Assembly (NCBI GenBank): GCA_913057775.1
Contig: CAJXOG010000010.1
Coordinates: forward strand, 40,523-104,522
Source of the DNA: an uncultured Fodinibius sp.
Lineage (GTDB): Bacteria; Bacteroidota; Rhodothermia; Balneolales; Balneolaceae
Length of the DNA stretch: 64,000 nucleotides
Direction: 5' to 3'
Shown here: in pieces, positions 9,485-19,598 of the stretch
Layout: every line of letters starts with the position of its first letter
Position numbering within the stretch: the stretch's first letter is position 1
The notes under the pieces: generated by a model
Seen by the model: the letters and a program-made list of their open reading frames with translations, nothing else
Databases searched by the model: none
What the model was told of the DNA's origin: nothing
Translations under genes and position numbers: made by a program

Positions 9485-12400
9485 CTAATTAAGCTGTCGG
9501 GCAAGGACTACTGTCTTTTTGAAACTCAGGTCGCTTCCTGAGGCACTATCATAGGCTTCAAAAACAACGATATAAATGCCGATACGGTTGCGGCTGTTGT
9601 CATCTTTTCGCCCATCCCAGATAAGCTGTCCTTCAAATCCGGATTGTTCGCCGTCGGCCAATGTACTCACTAGACGTCCATAGCGATCATAGATACGGAC
9701 TTTTATCAGATAGTCCTGTTGGTCGAGCTTATAGTTGATAAACAGGTTGTCTTCATAACCGTCATCATCCGGAGAAAAAGGATTGGGATTAAAACTGATA
9801 CCTGTTTCTTGGTTTATTTCACCATTTTGCTGATAGATAGAGTTCTCTGAAGTTGGCGTACCGCCTTTTTCAGTTACACTGGATCCCCAGTTTGCCTCAT
9901 CACTACTTGGTCCATCAGGGGCAATACGTTCGAGGGCAATGCCACGGGTATCGATAATGTTGGGATTGTGCCAGTTTTCATCATAAAAAACGGAATCGAT
10001 GGTTGTGCCTGTGCTGTCGGCTAAGTAAATAGCGTCACCAGAGGAAGCTAAGCTTAAACTGGATCGATCTGCCCGTATAATGGATTGTATATTTGGTGAT
10101 GCCAGATCGAAAAAGACAGCAGTTTGACTCTCCTCAAAGTTTGAACCCTCATCGGCATGGATAAGTACATATCCTTGCGGAAGAACCCATTTTGCCGTTG
10201 TAGATACGGGACGAATATCACGAACATCCCCGTTTTCATCAGGTTCGTCATGTAGAAATAGCCCTTCGAGAGAAATGGCAAAATCTTGGGTATTCCGAAG
10301 CTCAATATACTCAGTTTGATCCGGCTGATTATCATCGGCATCGGTCAGAGGATTAAACATAATTTCATTGATAACCAAGTCTCCGTTTTGAAGTGGTTGT
10401 GCTACCGTTATCTCGGAACTTGTGGTTGTATTTCCCTTTACATCGCTAATATTTTCTGCCTGGATTGTTTTGCTATTCTCATTGATATTATCACTCTTTG
10501 ACGCAGGGGAAGTTAGAAAAATTACATTAGCACTGGTTGAGTCAAAATCAGTTATCGAAAGACGTTCTCCTTCGGCATAAAAAGCAGTATTATCAGTTAA
10601 ACGTATAAATTCATTAAACCGAATTTCATAATTTCTATTACCCATTACCTTCGAAAAAATCATCTGCGGAGAATCGGTGTCTTCCTGAAAAGTAATATTT
10701 TGATTTCCTGCCGAGATGCCGTTTCCAGAGCTGTTGGTCTGCCAGTTTGAGGCATCATTTGAAGCCGCTAGTGGGTCTTTACGTTCGAGAGAAGATCCAT
10801 CGATATTGCCACCCCAGCTTTGGTAGTATCGCAATGAATCAATTGGTACACCATTTTTATTTCTGATATAAACGTCATCGGGTGTGCTATTATTTAATGA
10901 TGGAAATCCGCTTATAGCTATAGCATTGGGAATTCCTGCCGCAAAATTTTGATTCCCGGTAAGCACGATATATTCACCGGCTTCGAGTTGTAGGGGATCT
11001 TCAATGGTGGTTTCACCACTGTAATCACCGATCACCCATTCGGTTAAATTGAAATTCTTATCCGTTGTATTGTATAGTTCAATAAAATCGGCTTTTCCTT
11101 GAGATCCCGGGTTATACAATATTTCATTAATAACGATTTGTCCTGATTGGGCCTCATCAATTTGCAGGTATCCAAGCTCCCGGGTAGCGCTTGTCAAGGT
11201 ATTACCAAAAATGTCAGAGATATTAGAAACAGTTACTTCATAAATTTGTCCGTCAGTAAGTGTTTGTTCTAGGAATAGGATTACCGTTTCATCGTGTACT
11301 GATATCAACTGAATTCCGATTGGCGGGGAGAGCTGGTAATTTTGCTCATCTGTTGCTGATGAGGGGGCTACCTTTTCTGAAAATGTGAGTTCAATCTTGT
11401 TGTTATCAATGCTAATTAGGTTCTCAAAAGTAGGTGGCGTTTGATCTTTGGGCACCTCATTTTGTGATCCCGGGGTACCAAATCCACTGGGAGCATTGCT
11501 CCAGTTTTCGCGAAATGTTCCTGAGACCTCTGTCGTACGTCTTTCAAGTGCCACTTCACTACCACCCCAGTCAGAAGTGTATTGCAGGGAATCCAACAAT
11601 GTGCCACTTTGATTTCGTACGATGATCTGATCGCCGCTGTTGTTCAGGGCAGGGAAATTACCCATCGTAGTCAGTGCAATATCGGGATGATTGGTCAATA
11701 GCGTATTGTCAGGTGCAATTACTGCAAAGCTATCTGGAGGTACTATAAAACGTGCGTTGGTAATAGTTGCCTGAATACCGCGATTATCGCTTAAGGTCCA
11801 TCCCTGAAGGTTTAATGACTTGTTAGAAGTATTGTAAATTTCAATGTACTCGGTACTCCCGGGTGGGGGGACAAAATTAAATTCATTCACAAACACATCA
11901 CCGGAATCGGCATTGGAAACTTCATAATAGGTAAAGGAGGTATCCACAGCGGAAATTTTATTCCCAAATAGATCTGTAATATTTTCTATTCCAAGAGTGT
12001 ATGTTTCCGCATTTTGTAACTGATTATCGAGTGTTAAGAGAGCAGTGTCGGGGGCTGAAAATTGTGCGCCCGAGATATTGGGAGAATCGGTGATAGAATA
12101 ATTGCTGATATCTTCTGCTGAGTTCTCATCTAACTGTTCGGAAAAGATGAGTGCTAATTCTGTGTTGCTCAGGATTTCAAACTGCTCAACGGTTGGAGAT
12201 TCAGTGTCAGGCTCAATATCGTTTGGTGACCCCGGCGTACCAAATCCGTTTGGACTGTCGCCCCAGTTGCTTTGATAGGAACCTGAAACATCAACAGTGC
12301 GGCGTTCGAGGGCTATTTCATCACCGCCCCAGCTGGAGGTGTAACCCAGAGAATCCAGCAGCTTACCGTTTTTGTCCCGGATGATTATTTTGTCGCCGCC

Positions 12401-14368
12401 GTTATTGAGAGCTGGGAAATCGCCCATGGTCAACAGCGCAATAGTGGCATATTCGGATTCGATAGTGTTATCGGGAGCAACCACCACAAAACTGTACGGT
12501 GGAATAATAAATTGACCATTGGAAATTGTTCCTTCAAAACTATCTCGGTTATCACTGAGTGTCCATCCCTGCAAATCAAGTGATTTGTCGGAGTGATTGT
12601 AGATCTCGATATATTCGGAGCTGTTTGCCGGTGGTGCGTACATAAATTCGTTAATAGCAACATCGCCGGAATCCACTGGGGACGGATCGTAAAATGTGAA
12701 GGAGGTATCGATCGAAACGATGGTATTATCAAAGATATCTGTAGCATTCCCGATGGATAGGGAATAATCCTGAGCATTTTGCAGGTTCGATCCCAGAGAG
12801 AGTTCTACAGTATCAGCTGCGGTCTGAACGATTGATGAAATACTGTTATTAGTGATCCCATAGTTGCCGGTTTGATCAAGCCGCTCATTAAAAATCAGTT
12901 GCAGTGTTTGTGTAGATAGAATGTTCAGACCAGTGAACTTGGGTGGTGCATTATCTTCGGCCACCTCATTGGACATACCCGGCGTACCGCCATCGGGATT
13001 GGGAGAATCTCCCCAATTTTCTTGATAGATACTCGGAGCAGAAGATGACCGGCGTTCCAGTGCTATATCTGTACCACCCCAATTTGAGCTATAAGTTAGA
13101 GAATCAGCTTTAGCTCCAGTATCAGTAATCAATTGTACTGCATCAGGTGTTGTATTATTAAGGGCGGGGAAGTCGGCTTCGTGATAGGCTCTATTCCCAA
13201 AAAGATTGTTCAGTTCGGCAGTATCCGCTGAAATAACTAAGAAACTGTCAGGTTCTATGGGAATGGGATCGGAGCCTAAACTGGAACTGCTGTTGTTATC
13301 TGCTATTTGCCAATTGGCAAGATTTAGGTACTTGTTACTGGTATTCCAGATCTCGATATATTCTTCGTTGATTGTCGTCGGATAATCATAAGCAAATTCG
13401 TTGATGATGATATCTCCCTGGGTGTAAGTGTCGAAAAATTGAAACTCAAAATTAGTATTGGGATCAATAGTACTGCCATCATTGTCAGCTATATCACTAA
13501 CATTCAGGGTATATTTTCCACCGGGGATAGAATTATTATACGTGAGTTGAACGATATTCCCTGTAATACTTGTGTTGCTGGGACCTCCGATATTGGGCGT
13601 AATGCTAAAGTCTGATATTTGAACACTGGCAGGATCTACATCCAGATTAAAAGAGACATCAATGGTTTGATTATCTACGATGGTAACATTTTGGATATCG
13701 AGAGGTGGATTAACTTTAGTTACCTGAATATCGTCATATTCGAACAGGTTGGACCGGGTGCTGGTATAATCACTAAATAGGCCGATAAATTCACTTTGGG
13801 TATATGTATTATCTGTTACTGTTCCCTGCGAGCTATATGAGGTACCTCCGTCAGGATCGGCAAAAATTTCCCAATTTCCATCTAAATCTCTGTTCACGCG
13901 GATGCGAACGGTTACAGGGTCAGTATCAATAAGCCCATCGGGTCCATCTATAATTTTTGTTGTACTGTTACCATCCTGACGATAAAGGCTTACTTCGTCT
14001 TCGGTATCGCCAATTTGAACAAAATATCCATCAACATTGCCTTTCATATTTTGGCTATCAGCTATAATATAGATTCTTGACAGGTTGCTGCTGGACGGAT
14101 TGAAATCCAGCTCAATATATGCTTCCCATTCGCCATAGGCAGCTGTTGATGGTGTACTGATTACAGCTTCAGCAGTTTCACCGGGTGCATCGAGCTGAAG
14201 CATATTTAAAGCATTTACGATATGTTTGGATTCACTATCTGTCCAAGTGGGATTATTTAAAAAATCACCGTCACTGAAATCCTCATCAATGATAACGGTT
14301 TGTGCAAGTACCTCTGCAGAAATGAAAGCGGTTAGAAAGAAACAAAGTGCTGTAATTTTATGTCGCAT
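9485..14368 (-). CDS. giant secreted lamin-tail-domain (LTD) repeat protein with C-terminal sorting-type beta-sandwich
   Basis: 1627 aa with signal peptide MRHKITALCFFLTAFISAEVLAQ. There are five LTD signatures: IIINEFAYDYP/EEYIEIWN, VAINEFMYAPP/SEYIEIYN, VFVNEFNFVPP/TEYIEIYN, IVINEILYNPG/ADFIELYN and LVINEIMFNPL/TEYIELRN. Each ends in ..ALER.. and they alternate with Ig-like spacers. The C-terminus FNPNPFSPDDDGYEDNLFINY...VRIYDRYGRLV resembles FlgD-Ig / T9SS-type C-terminal domains. Confidence 0.8.
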   Translation of the reverse strand: MRHKITALCFFLTAFISAEVLAQTVIIDEDFSDGDFLNNPTWTDSESKHIVNALNMLQLDAPGETAEAVISTPSTAAYGEWEAYIELDFNPSSSNLSRIYIIADSQNMKGNVDGYFVQIGDTEDEVSLYRQDGNSTTKIIDGPDGLIDTDPVTVRIRVNRDLDGNWEIFADPDGGTSYSSQGTVTDNTYTQSEFIGLFSDYTSTRSNLFEYDDIQVTKVNPPLDIQNVTIVDNQTIDVSFNLDVDPASVQISDFSITPNIGGPSNTSITGNIVQLTYNNSIPGGKYTLNVSDIADNDGSTIDPNTNFEFQFFDTYTQGDIIINEFAYDYPTTINEEYIEIWNTSNKYLNLANWQIADNNSSSSLGSDPIPIEPDSFLVISADTAELNNLFGNRAYHEADFPALNNTTPDAVQLITDTGAKADSLTYSSNWGGTDIALERRSSSAPSIYQENWGDSPNPDGGTPGMSNEVAEDNAPPKFTGLNILSTQTLQLIFNERLDQTGNYGITNNSISSIVQTAADTVELSLGSNLQNAQDYSLSIGNATDIFDNTIVSIDTSFTFYDPSPVDSGDVAINEFMYAPPANSSEYIEIYNHSDKSLDLQGWTLSDNRDSFEGTISNGQFIIPPYSFVVVAPDNTIESEYATIALLTMGDFPALNNGGDKIIIRDKNGKLLDSLGYTSSWGGDEIALERRTVDVSGSYQSNWGDSPNGFGTPGSPNDIEPDTESPTVEQFEILSNTELALIFSEQLDENSAEDISNYSITDSPNISGAQFSAPDTALLTLDNQLQNAETYTLGIENITDLFGNKISAVDTSFTYYEVSNADSGDVFVNEFNFVPPPGSTEYIEIYNTSNKSLNLQGWTLSDNRGIQATITNARFIVPPDSFAVIAPDNTLLTNHPDIALTTMGNFPALNNSGDQIIVRNQSGTLLDSLQYTSDWGGSEVALERRTTEVSGTFRENWSNAPSGFGTPGSQNEVPKDQTPPTFENLISIDNNKIELTFSEKVAPSSATDEQNYQLSPPIGIQLISVHDETVILFLEQTLTDGQIYEVTVSNISDIFGNTLTSATRELGYLQIDEAQSGQIVINEILYNPGSQGKADFIELYNTTDKNFNLTEWVIGDYSGETTIEDPLQLEAGEYIVLTGNQNFAAGIPNAIAISGFPSLNNSTPDDVYIRNKNGVPIDSLRYYQSWGGNIDGSSLERKDPLAASNDASNWQTNSSGNGISAGNQNITFQEDTDSPQMIFSKVMGNRNYEIRFNEFIRLTDNTAFYAEGERLSITDFDSTSANVIFLTSPASKSDNINENSKTIQAENISDVKGNTTTSSEITVAQPLQNGDLVINEIMFNPLTDADDNQPDQTEYIELRNTQDFAISLEGLFLHDEPDENGDVRDIRPVSTTAKWVLPQGYVLIHADEGSNFEESQTAVFFDLASPNIQSIIRADRSSLSLASSGDAIYLADSTGTTIDSVFYDENWHNPNIIDTRGIALERIAPDGPSSDEANWGSSVTEKGGTPTSENSIYQQNGEINQETGISFNPNPFSPDDDGYEDNLFINYKLDQQDYLIKVRIYDRYGRLVSTLADGEQSGFEGQLIWDGRKDDNSRNRIGIYIVVFEAYDSASGSDLSFKKTVVLARQLN
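9880..13420 (-). repeat. five tandem, diverged coding modules (about 255 aa / about 765 nt each: LTD + Ig-like spacer) inside the giant ORF
   Basis: The codons for the INEF motif recur at roughly 13.41, 12.67, 11.90, 11.13 and 10.37 kb. Modules 2 and 3 align over their full length at the protein level (DSGDVAINEF... versus DSGDVFVNEF...), but the nucleotide sequences are clearly diverged. Confidence 0.7.
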
Positions 14369-14442
14369 ATTGGTTTACCCCGAAAAAAATTTAAAGAAGA
14401 ACAATATAGGAGCGGATTAATGACAAGTAAATCAAGCTTGCC

Positions 14443-14483
14443 AAAAAAAAAGAGGGTGAAACTGCTATCCACAGCTTCACCCC
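14443..14483 (-). terminator. strong rho-independent terminator on the minus strand, 75 nt upstream of the giant ORF start
   Basis: The minus strand reads GGGTGAAGCTG-tggatag-CAGTTTCACCC followed by CTCTTTTTTTTT. This is an 11-bp stem with one G-U pair followed by T9. No annotated minus-strand gene ends here. Confidence 0.7.
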
Positions 14484-14636
14484 GGAAGGACATTTGATAT
14501 TACTCTCTATTTCAACGGCTTATACGCTTTTACACGTTTCTATTAGTAAGACCATTGAGATGGCAAATCCTTACAAAATTTTTTCAATAATTTTCATATA
14601 CTCCTTTCGATCAGCCATAAATACAAAACACCCATA

Positions 14637-15044
14637 ATGAATTACTCCTCCAGTCCATCAGTTCCTGTTGAAATACCGAATATTAATCATGGATTCCAGG
14701 TTGCAAAGGGTTTATTAAAAGTAAAAGAAGATGGACTTCATTTTGAGTTCGAAGTCAAGGATAGTTTTGTAGGCTTGGTGACATCCGGTGTTCAGTCGTC
14801 GGTGGTTTCCTATGCCGATTTGGAAGATCTGCGTTTTGAGAAAGGGTGGTGGAGCGCAAAGATTATTTTGGAAGGTACTTCTATGAAGGTTTTCGAGGAT
14901 TTGCCCGGAAGTGAGCAAGGCCGGCTTAAGTTAAAAGTCAAGCGATCCGATCGCGAGGATGCCCAAAATGCCGTTTCATCAGCTCGTGTTCACCTCTCTG
15001 AGTACAAGCTCAAAGAACTGGATGATGAGAATACTGAAGGGTAG
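14637..15044 (+). CDS. hypothetical protein (135 aa)
   Basis: The ORF has balanced, non-repetitive composition and fills the gap between two minus-strand genes. No motif was recognised. Confidence 0.45.
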   Translation: MNYSSSPSVPVEIPNINHGFQVAKGLLKVKEDGLHFEFEVKDSFVGLVTSGVQSSVVSYADLEDLRFEKGWWSAKIILEGTSMKVFEDLPGSEQGRLKLKVKRSDREDAQNAVSSARVHLSEYKLKELDDENTEG

Positions 15045-15106
15045 GTTTTGGAATCAATAAACCTGCCGGAACTTTGAATTCCGACAAGTTTAGAGATTCA
15101 AAAAGA

Positions 15107-16165
15107 TTAGCTGATATACCCTTTCGCACATAAAAGTTCGGCGTTTAGAATGGCACCGCCGGCTGCACCGCGAATAGTATTATGGGCCATAGCCACATAT
15201 CCCAAATCCATGACGGTACCTTGGCGAAGTCGCCCGACAGCCGTTTGCATTCCGCCTTCACGATCAGCATGGAGTCGTGGTTGAGGATAGCGATCTTCTT
15301 TATATAATCGCACGGGATTAGACGGGGATGAGGGTAAGTCCAGGTTCGCAATGGGGTTCTGCCAGTCTGTAAATGCTTTTTCGGCTTCTTTAATAGAAGA
15401 TGGTACATTTTTCAGTTTCACTGATACCGAAAGGAGGTGTCCCTCAATCGTAGGGACGCGCACAGCTGTAGCTTGAATGGTGAAATCATTAAAGTTCACA
15501 GAGTCATCAGAGAGTGTACCCAAAACCTTTGTTGCTTCGGTCTGTACCTTAGATTCTTCACCCCCAATATAGGGTACTACATTAGCTACAATATCCATAC
15601 TTGAAACGCCGGGATAGCCGGCTCCTGAAACCGACTGCATAGACGTTACGATCAGAGAATCTATGCCAAAGGCATCATGCAATGGACGTAATGACATCGA
15701 AAGTGGTACGGATACACAATTCGGATTGGTAACAATCCAACCGCTACCATTTGGATCAAATGATTGTTTTTTGATGAGATCAGCATGGTCCGGATTCACT
15801 TCAGGAACCAGCAGTGGTACTTGGTCGTGCATCCGGTAGTTCTTGGCATTAGAGATTACGGGAATACTTGCTTTGGCAAAAGCTTGTTCAATATCTCCGG
15901 CTACTGATGAGTCTAATCCCGAGAATACGAAATCTACTCCTTTGAACTTATCGGGATCACATTCTTGAACGGTAAGTTCAGCTGCATTCGAGGGTATTTC
16001 AGTCTTCTCTATCCAGTGAGCGGCCTGCTTATATTTTTTTCCGGCTGATCGTTTTGAGGCTCCTAATACTTTAACAGTGAACCATGGATTATTGTAGAGC
16101 AAGCGAATAAATTTTTGTCCGACGGCCCCGGTAGCACCGAGCACGCCAACTTGATACGAATGCAT
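15107..16165 (-). CDS. asd: aspartate-semialdehyde dehydrogenase
   Basis: 352 aa. It has the N-terminal VGVLGATGAVGQ Rossmann motif, an NPNC active-site Cys context and C-terminal HNTIRGAAGGAILNAELL. Confidence 0.9.
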   Translation of the reverse strand: MHSYQVGVLGATGAVGQKFIRLLYNNPWFTVKVLGASKRSAGKKYKQAAHWIEKTEIPSNAAELTVQECDPDKFKGVDFVFSGLDSSVAGDIEQAFAKASIPVISNAKNYRMHDQVPLLVPEVNPDHADLIKKQSFDPNGSGWIVTNPNCVSVPLSMSLRPLHDAFGIDSLIVTSMQSVSGAGYPGVSSMDIVANVVPYIGGEESKVQTEATKVLGTLSDDSVNFNDFTIQATAVRVPTIEGHLLSVSVKLKNVPSSIKEAEKAFTDWQNPIANLDLPSSPSNPVRLYKEDRYPQPRLHADREGGMQTAVGRLRQGTVMDLGYVAMAHNTIRGAAGGAILNAELLCAKGYIS

Positions 16166-16348
16166 AAATGAATCTTGTTTAAAACTGTTGTTTGGGTTTT
16201 AATGGAATTGATGGGGAAAAGGATTCCCAACTAAATGTTATAAAAGCCTTTAAAATACGGATAAAAGGATAATTAATTAAAGCAGTAATTTTTTTCTATC
16301 TTTGGGCATCTTAAAAATCATTGTTAAACCCAAATTTTTAGTACGTAC

Positions 16349-17818
16349 ATGTCAGTTACCGAACTTGATAGCTTAGATACACTTGTTTCGTTGGCGAAGT
16401 CCCGAGCCTTCATTTATCAATCCTCAGAAATATACGGTGGACTTGGTGCCGTCTACGATTATGGTCCGTTGGGTACAGAGCTCAAACGTAATATCCGCGA
16501 CTTTTGGTGGAAAGAGATGACCCAGCGACATGACAATATTGTGGGGCTCGATTCAGCTATTTTTATGCATCCTAAAGTGTGGGAGGCCAGCGGTCACTTG
16601 GAAGGATTTAATGACCCCATGATTGATGACAAACAGTCAAATAAGCGTTATCGGGCGGACATGCTCATTGAGAATCACATTGCAAAATTGCGCAGTGATG
16701 GCAAGGCCGATAAGGCAGATGAGTTGCAGGAATTGCTTGATACAGCAGGATCGCGTAAAGGAGTTTGCGAGGACTTATATCAAATTATTATGGATGAAGA
16801 AATTCGTGCCCCTGAATCCGGCGCGTTTGAGTGGACTGAAGTACGTCAGTTTAACCTGATGTTTAAAACACAGTTCGGTGCTACGTCTTCCGGAGGGGGT
16901 GACGATGACGCGGTTTATCTGCGTCCCGAAACGGCACAGGGTATTTTTGTGAATTTTAAAAATGTTATGGATACGGCCCGTCAACAGGTTCCGTTTGGAA
17001 TTGCCCAGATTGGAAAGGCCTTTCGTAATGAGGTGGTTGCCCGGCAGTTTGTCTTCCGCATGCGGGAGTTTGAACAGATGGAGATGCAGTATTTTGTAGA
17101 GCCCGGGACCGATAAAGAGAGTTATGATCATTGGTTGAAAAAACGACTTGACTGGCATAAGAAGTTGGGTATTCGTGAAAGCAAGCTCCGTACCCATCCA
17201 CACCCCGAGGATAAATTGGCGCACTATGCCGAACAAGCGGCTGATATACAGTATGAATATCCCATTGGCTGGCAAGAGGTTGAGGGAGTGCATAACCGCA
17301 CCGATTTTGATTTGAGTCAGCACATGGAATATTCAGGCAAAAAGCTGGAGTATTATGACCAGCAAAAGCAGGAAAAATATGTCCCTTATGTAATTGAGAC
17401 CTCTATTGGATTGGATCGTACGGTGATGATGGTACTGTGTGATGCCTATAGAGAAGAGGAGGTGGATGGAGATACCCGGACGGTATTAAAAATGAATCCG
17501 CAGCTGGCGCCTACGAAAGTAGGCATCTTTCCGCTTATCAAAAAAGATAAGCTACAGGATCTGGCCCACAAAATTACTGATGATCTGCGCGAAGATTACA
17601 ACGTGCTTTATGATGAATCCGGATCAATTGGCAAGCGCTATCGTCGCCAGGATGAAGCGGGTACGCCGTTCTGCATTACCGTTGATTTTGATGGAGTTGA
17701 ATCGGAGGGCGAAGATACGGTCACGATCCGTTATCGCGATGATATGACGCAGGATCGCGTGCCTGTCAGTCGATTGAAGGAAGTCATTGATGAAAAGATG
17801 AAGAGCTGGAACGGCTAG
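16349..17818 (+). CDS. glyQS: glycine--tRNA ligase (dimeric alpha2 type)
   Basis: 489 aa. It has YGGLGAVYDYGPLGTELKRNI, class II motifs (FRNEVVARQFVFRMREFEQMEMQYF; GLDR) and an anticodon-binding C-terminus (GKRYRRQDEAGTPFCITVD). Confidence 0.9.
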   Translation: MSVTELDSLDTLVSLAKSRAFIYQSSEIYGGLGAVYDYGPLGTELKRNIRDFWWKEMTQRHDNIVGLDSAIFMHPKVWEASGHLEGFNDPMIDDKQSNKRYRADMLIENHIAKLRSDGKADKADELQELLDTAGSRKGVCEDLYQIIMDEEIRAPESGAFEWTEVRQFNLMFKTQFGATSSGGGDDDAVYLRPETAQGIFVNFKNVMDTARQQVPFGIAQIGKAFRNEVVARQFVFRMREFEQMEMQYFVEPGTDKESYDHWLKKRLDWHKKLGIRESKLRTHPHPEDKLAHYAEQAADIQYEYPIGWQEVEGVHNRTDFDLSQHMEYSGKKLEYYDQQKQEKYVPYVIETSIGLDRTVMMVLCDAYREEEVDGDTRTVLKMNPQLAPTKVGIFPLIKKDKLQDLAHKITDDLREDYNVLYDESGSIGKRYRRQDEAGTPFCITVDFDGVESEGEDTVTIRYRDDMTQDRVPVSRLKEVIDEKMKSWNG

Positions 17819-17857
17819 CAGATCATGCGTTTGATCTGCAGATAGGCTTTTTTTGGC
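17818..17857 (+). terminator. probable rho-independent terminator of glyQS
   Basis: GCAGATCA-tgcgtt-TGATCTGC forms an 8-bp perfect stem that starts at the stop codon. It is followed 8 nt later by CTTTTTTT. Confidence 0.55.
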
Positions 17858-18021
17858 GGCACAAGGTTTTTATGGCTAAACCTCTTCTTTTAGCCACTTG
17901 GTTCTATACAATCCGTAGCAGCTGTACCCTTTGAAGTCTTCGTGTAGTAGGAAGATACGGATCGAGAAGGATTAACTTGCGCCAATATATTTTATTAGAA
18001 GGAGTACTAAAATTCGGGAGT

Positions 18022-19428
18022 CTATTGATCCTTTTTTATCCATTGCTCAATCGTTTGTAAAAATCCATCCATAAACTCTTTTTCCAGCTTCCCGTATTCC
18101 TGCACCTGCCCGGTTTTAGCTTTTTGGAACAGATGGTTGGCTTGATCAAAGACTTGTACTTTGTAATCTACTCCGGCTGTTTCCAGTGCTTGGTTGATGG
18201 GGGCTTTATTCATCTCTACGGGAACCTGGGTATCTTTACCGCCGAACAGCACCAGTACTGGGATGTCCAGTTTTTTAAGATCGCTCGTGGGCTCATAAGA
18301 AAAAAGGGATTGAAACTGTGGACTCTGGAAAGTTTGCTGAAGCTGGTGGGCTTGATTAGCTGCCAGATTATTGGCTTGTATGCTGTCGGCACCAGCAGCC
18401 ATCTGGATAGCCGCGAACCGTTTCCGGTACTCTTTGCGGGCATCAGATATTCCTTTGTCGGCACGAATAGCTTCCATGAGTGCTTCCCGCGCTGCGATTT
18501 CCTGTTCAACCAGCTGAGTGTCAACAGACGCATTTTGAAATCGGTGCTTTGCCTGAAATTGCAGTACCTCTCTAAGCGACACGCCTGTTGAAGCCATTAA
18601 AATAAACTTGTCAACATATTTATGTTCAGCCGCTACTTTACCGCCCACCACACCGCCCTGGCTATGGCCTAAAAGAATAATTTCATCAAAATTAGGGCCG
18701 CGGCTATCGGTAAACTCTTTGATAATTGCTTCCACATCATCGGCCAGTATGCTCAGCGTAGCGTTATCGAAATTTCCGGTAGATTTTCCTACACCTCGGT
18801 CGTCATAACGAAAGGTGGCGATGCCAGCGACGGTTAGGGAATCAGCCAGCGAGGCAAAGGGCTTGAAATTGGTAATAGGCTGCAGGCTTTCGTCGCGATC
18901 CTGCGCTCCACTGCCGGAGATCATGATGACTAGCCGGTCAGTTTGCTTCTCCTTGGGCCAGGTAAGGGTGCCGCCAATATTGACGGAATCATTTTCAATT
19001 ATCAGGTCGGTATGATTATAAGGCTTTGACTCCTTGTTTATTTTCTTATCGGATGTATCAGTTTTTGGCTGATAGCGGTTCATCTCAAACGGAAACTGCA
19101 TACCGCGCTGGTGAAAAGTGCCCGCGATGGCCGATTCGCCCCGGAAAGCTCCCTTGAATTTGGCCAAACCAGGTCCGGCCTGAAACTTGAAGAAAACAGA
19201 ATCGGGTGCTTTAGCTGTGATACCCTGCAGCGGAATATCACGTCCTCCTTGTTGCGGGATATCGATAGTGCCATGGAGCGAATCATCACCCGTAAAATGC
19301 GTTTTGATGACAAGTTGCTGATCCTGCACATTAATGTGTCCCTGCCAGTTGCCTTTGAGCTTTGTTTCCTGGCCGTAGGCAGACGACATGCATAGAAATA
19401 GAATGAGAGTAGCAAGTGTTTTTTTCAT
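18022..19428 (-). CDS. secreted alpha/beta hydrolase
   Basis: I placed the start at MKKTLATLILFLCMSSAYGQ (signal peptide), the second Met of the 481-aa ORF. The nucleophile elbow is LLGHSQGG, and the C-terminal half is typical of dienelactone-hydrolase/S33-like folds. Confidence 0.75.
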   Translation of the reverse strand: MKKTLATLILFLCMSSAYGQETKLKGNWQGHINVQDQQLVIKTHFTGDDSLHGTIDIPQQGGRDIPLQGITAKAPDSVFFKFQAGPGLAKFKGAFRGESAIAGTFHQRGMQFPFEMNRYQPKTDTSDKKINKESKPYNHTDLIIENDSVNIGGTLTWPKEKQTDRLVIMISGSGAQDRDESLQPITNFKPFASLADSLTVAGIATFRYDDRGVGKSTGNFDNATLSILADDVEAIIKEFTDSRGPNFDEIILLGHSQGGVVGGKVAAEHKYVDKFILMASTGVSLREVLQFQAKHRFQNASVDTQLVEQEIAAREALMEAIRADKGISDARKEYRKRFAAIQMAAGADSIQANNLAANQAHQLQQTFQSPQFQSLFSYEPTSDLKKLDIPVLVLFGGKDTQVPVEMNKAPINQALETAGVDYKVQVFDQANHLFQKAKTGQVQEYGKLEKEFMDGFLQTIEQWIKKDQ

Positions 19429-19598
19429 AATTCCGAAGATTTGTTTCAATAAAACCTTACGAAACAAACATATTAGCTGTACGGTAGAAGTTCTAAAAAT
19501 ATATAATACGGGATAGTGAGGAACTTTACGTGGCTCTGCCTGAGCTTATAAATTAATGTACGGTCTTTAAAGTACAGCTAAGTTGCTTACCTCATGTT

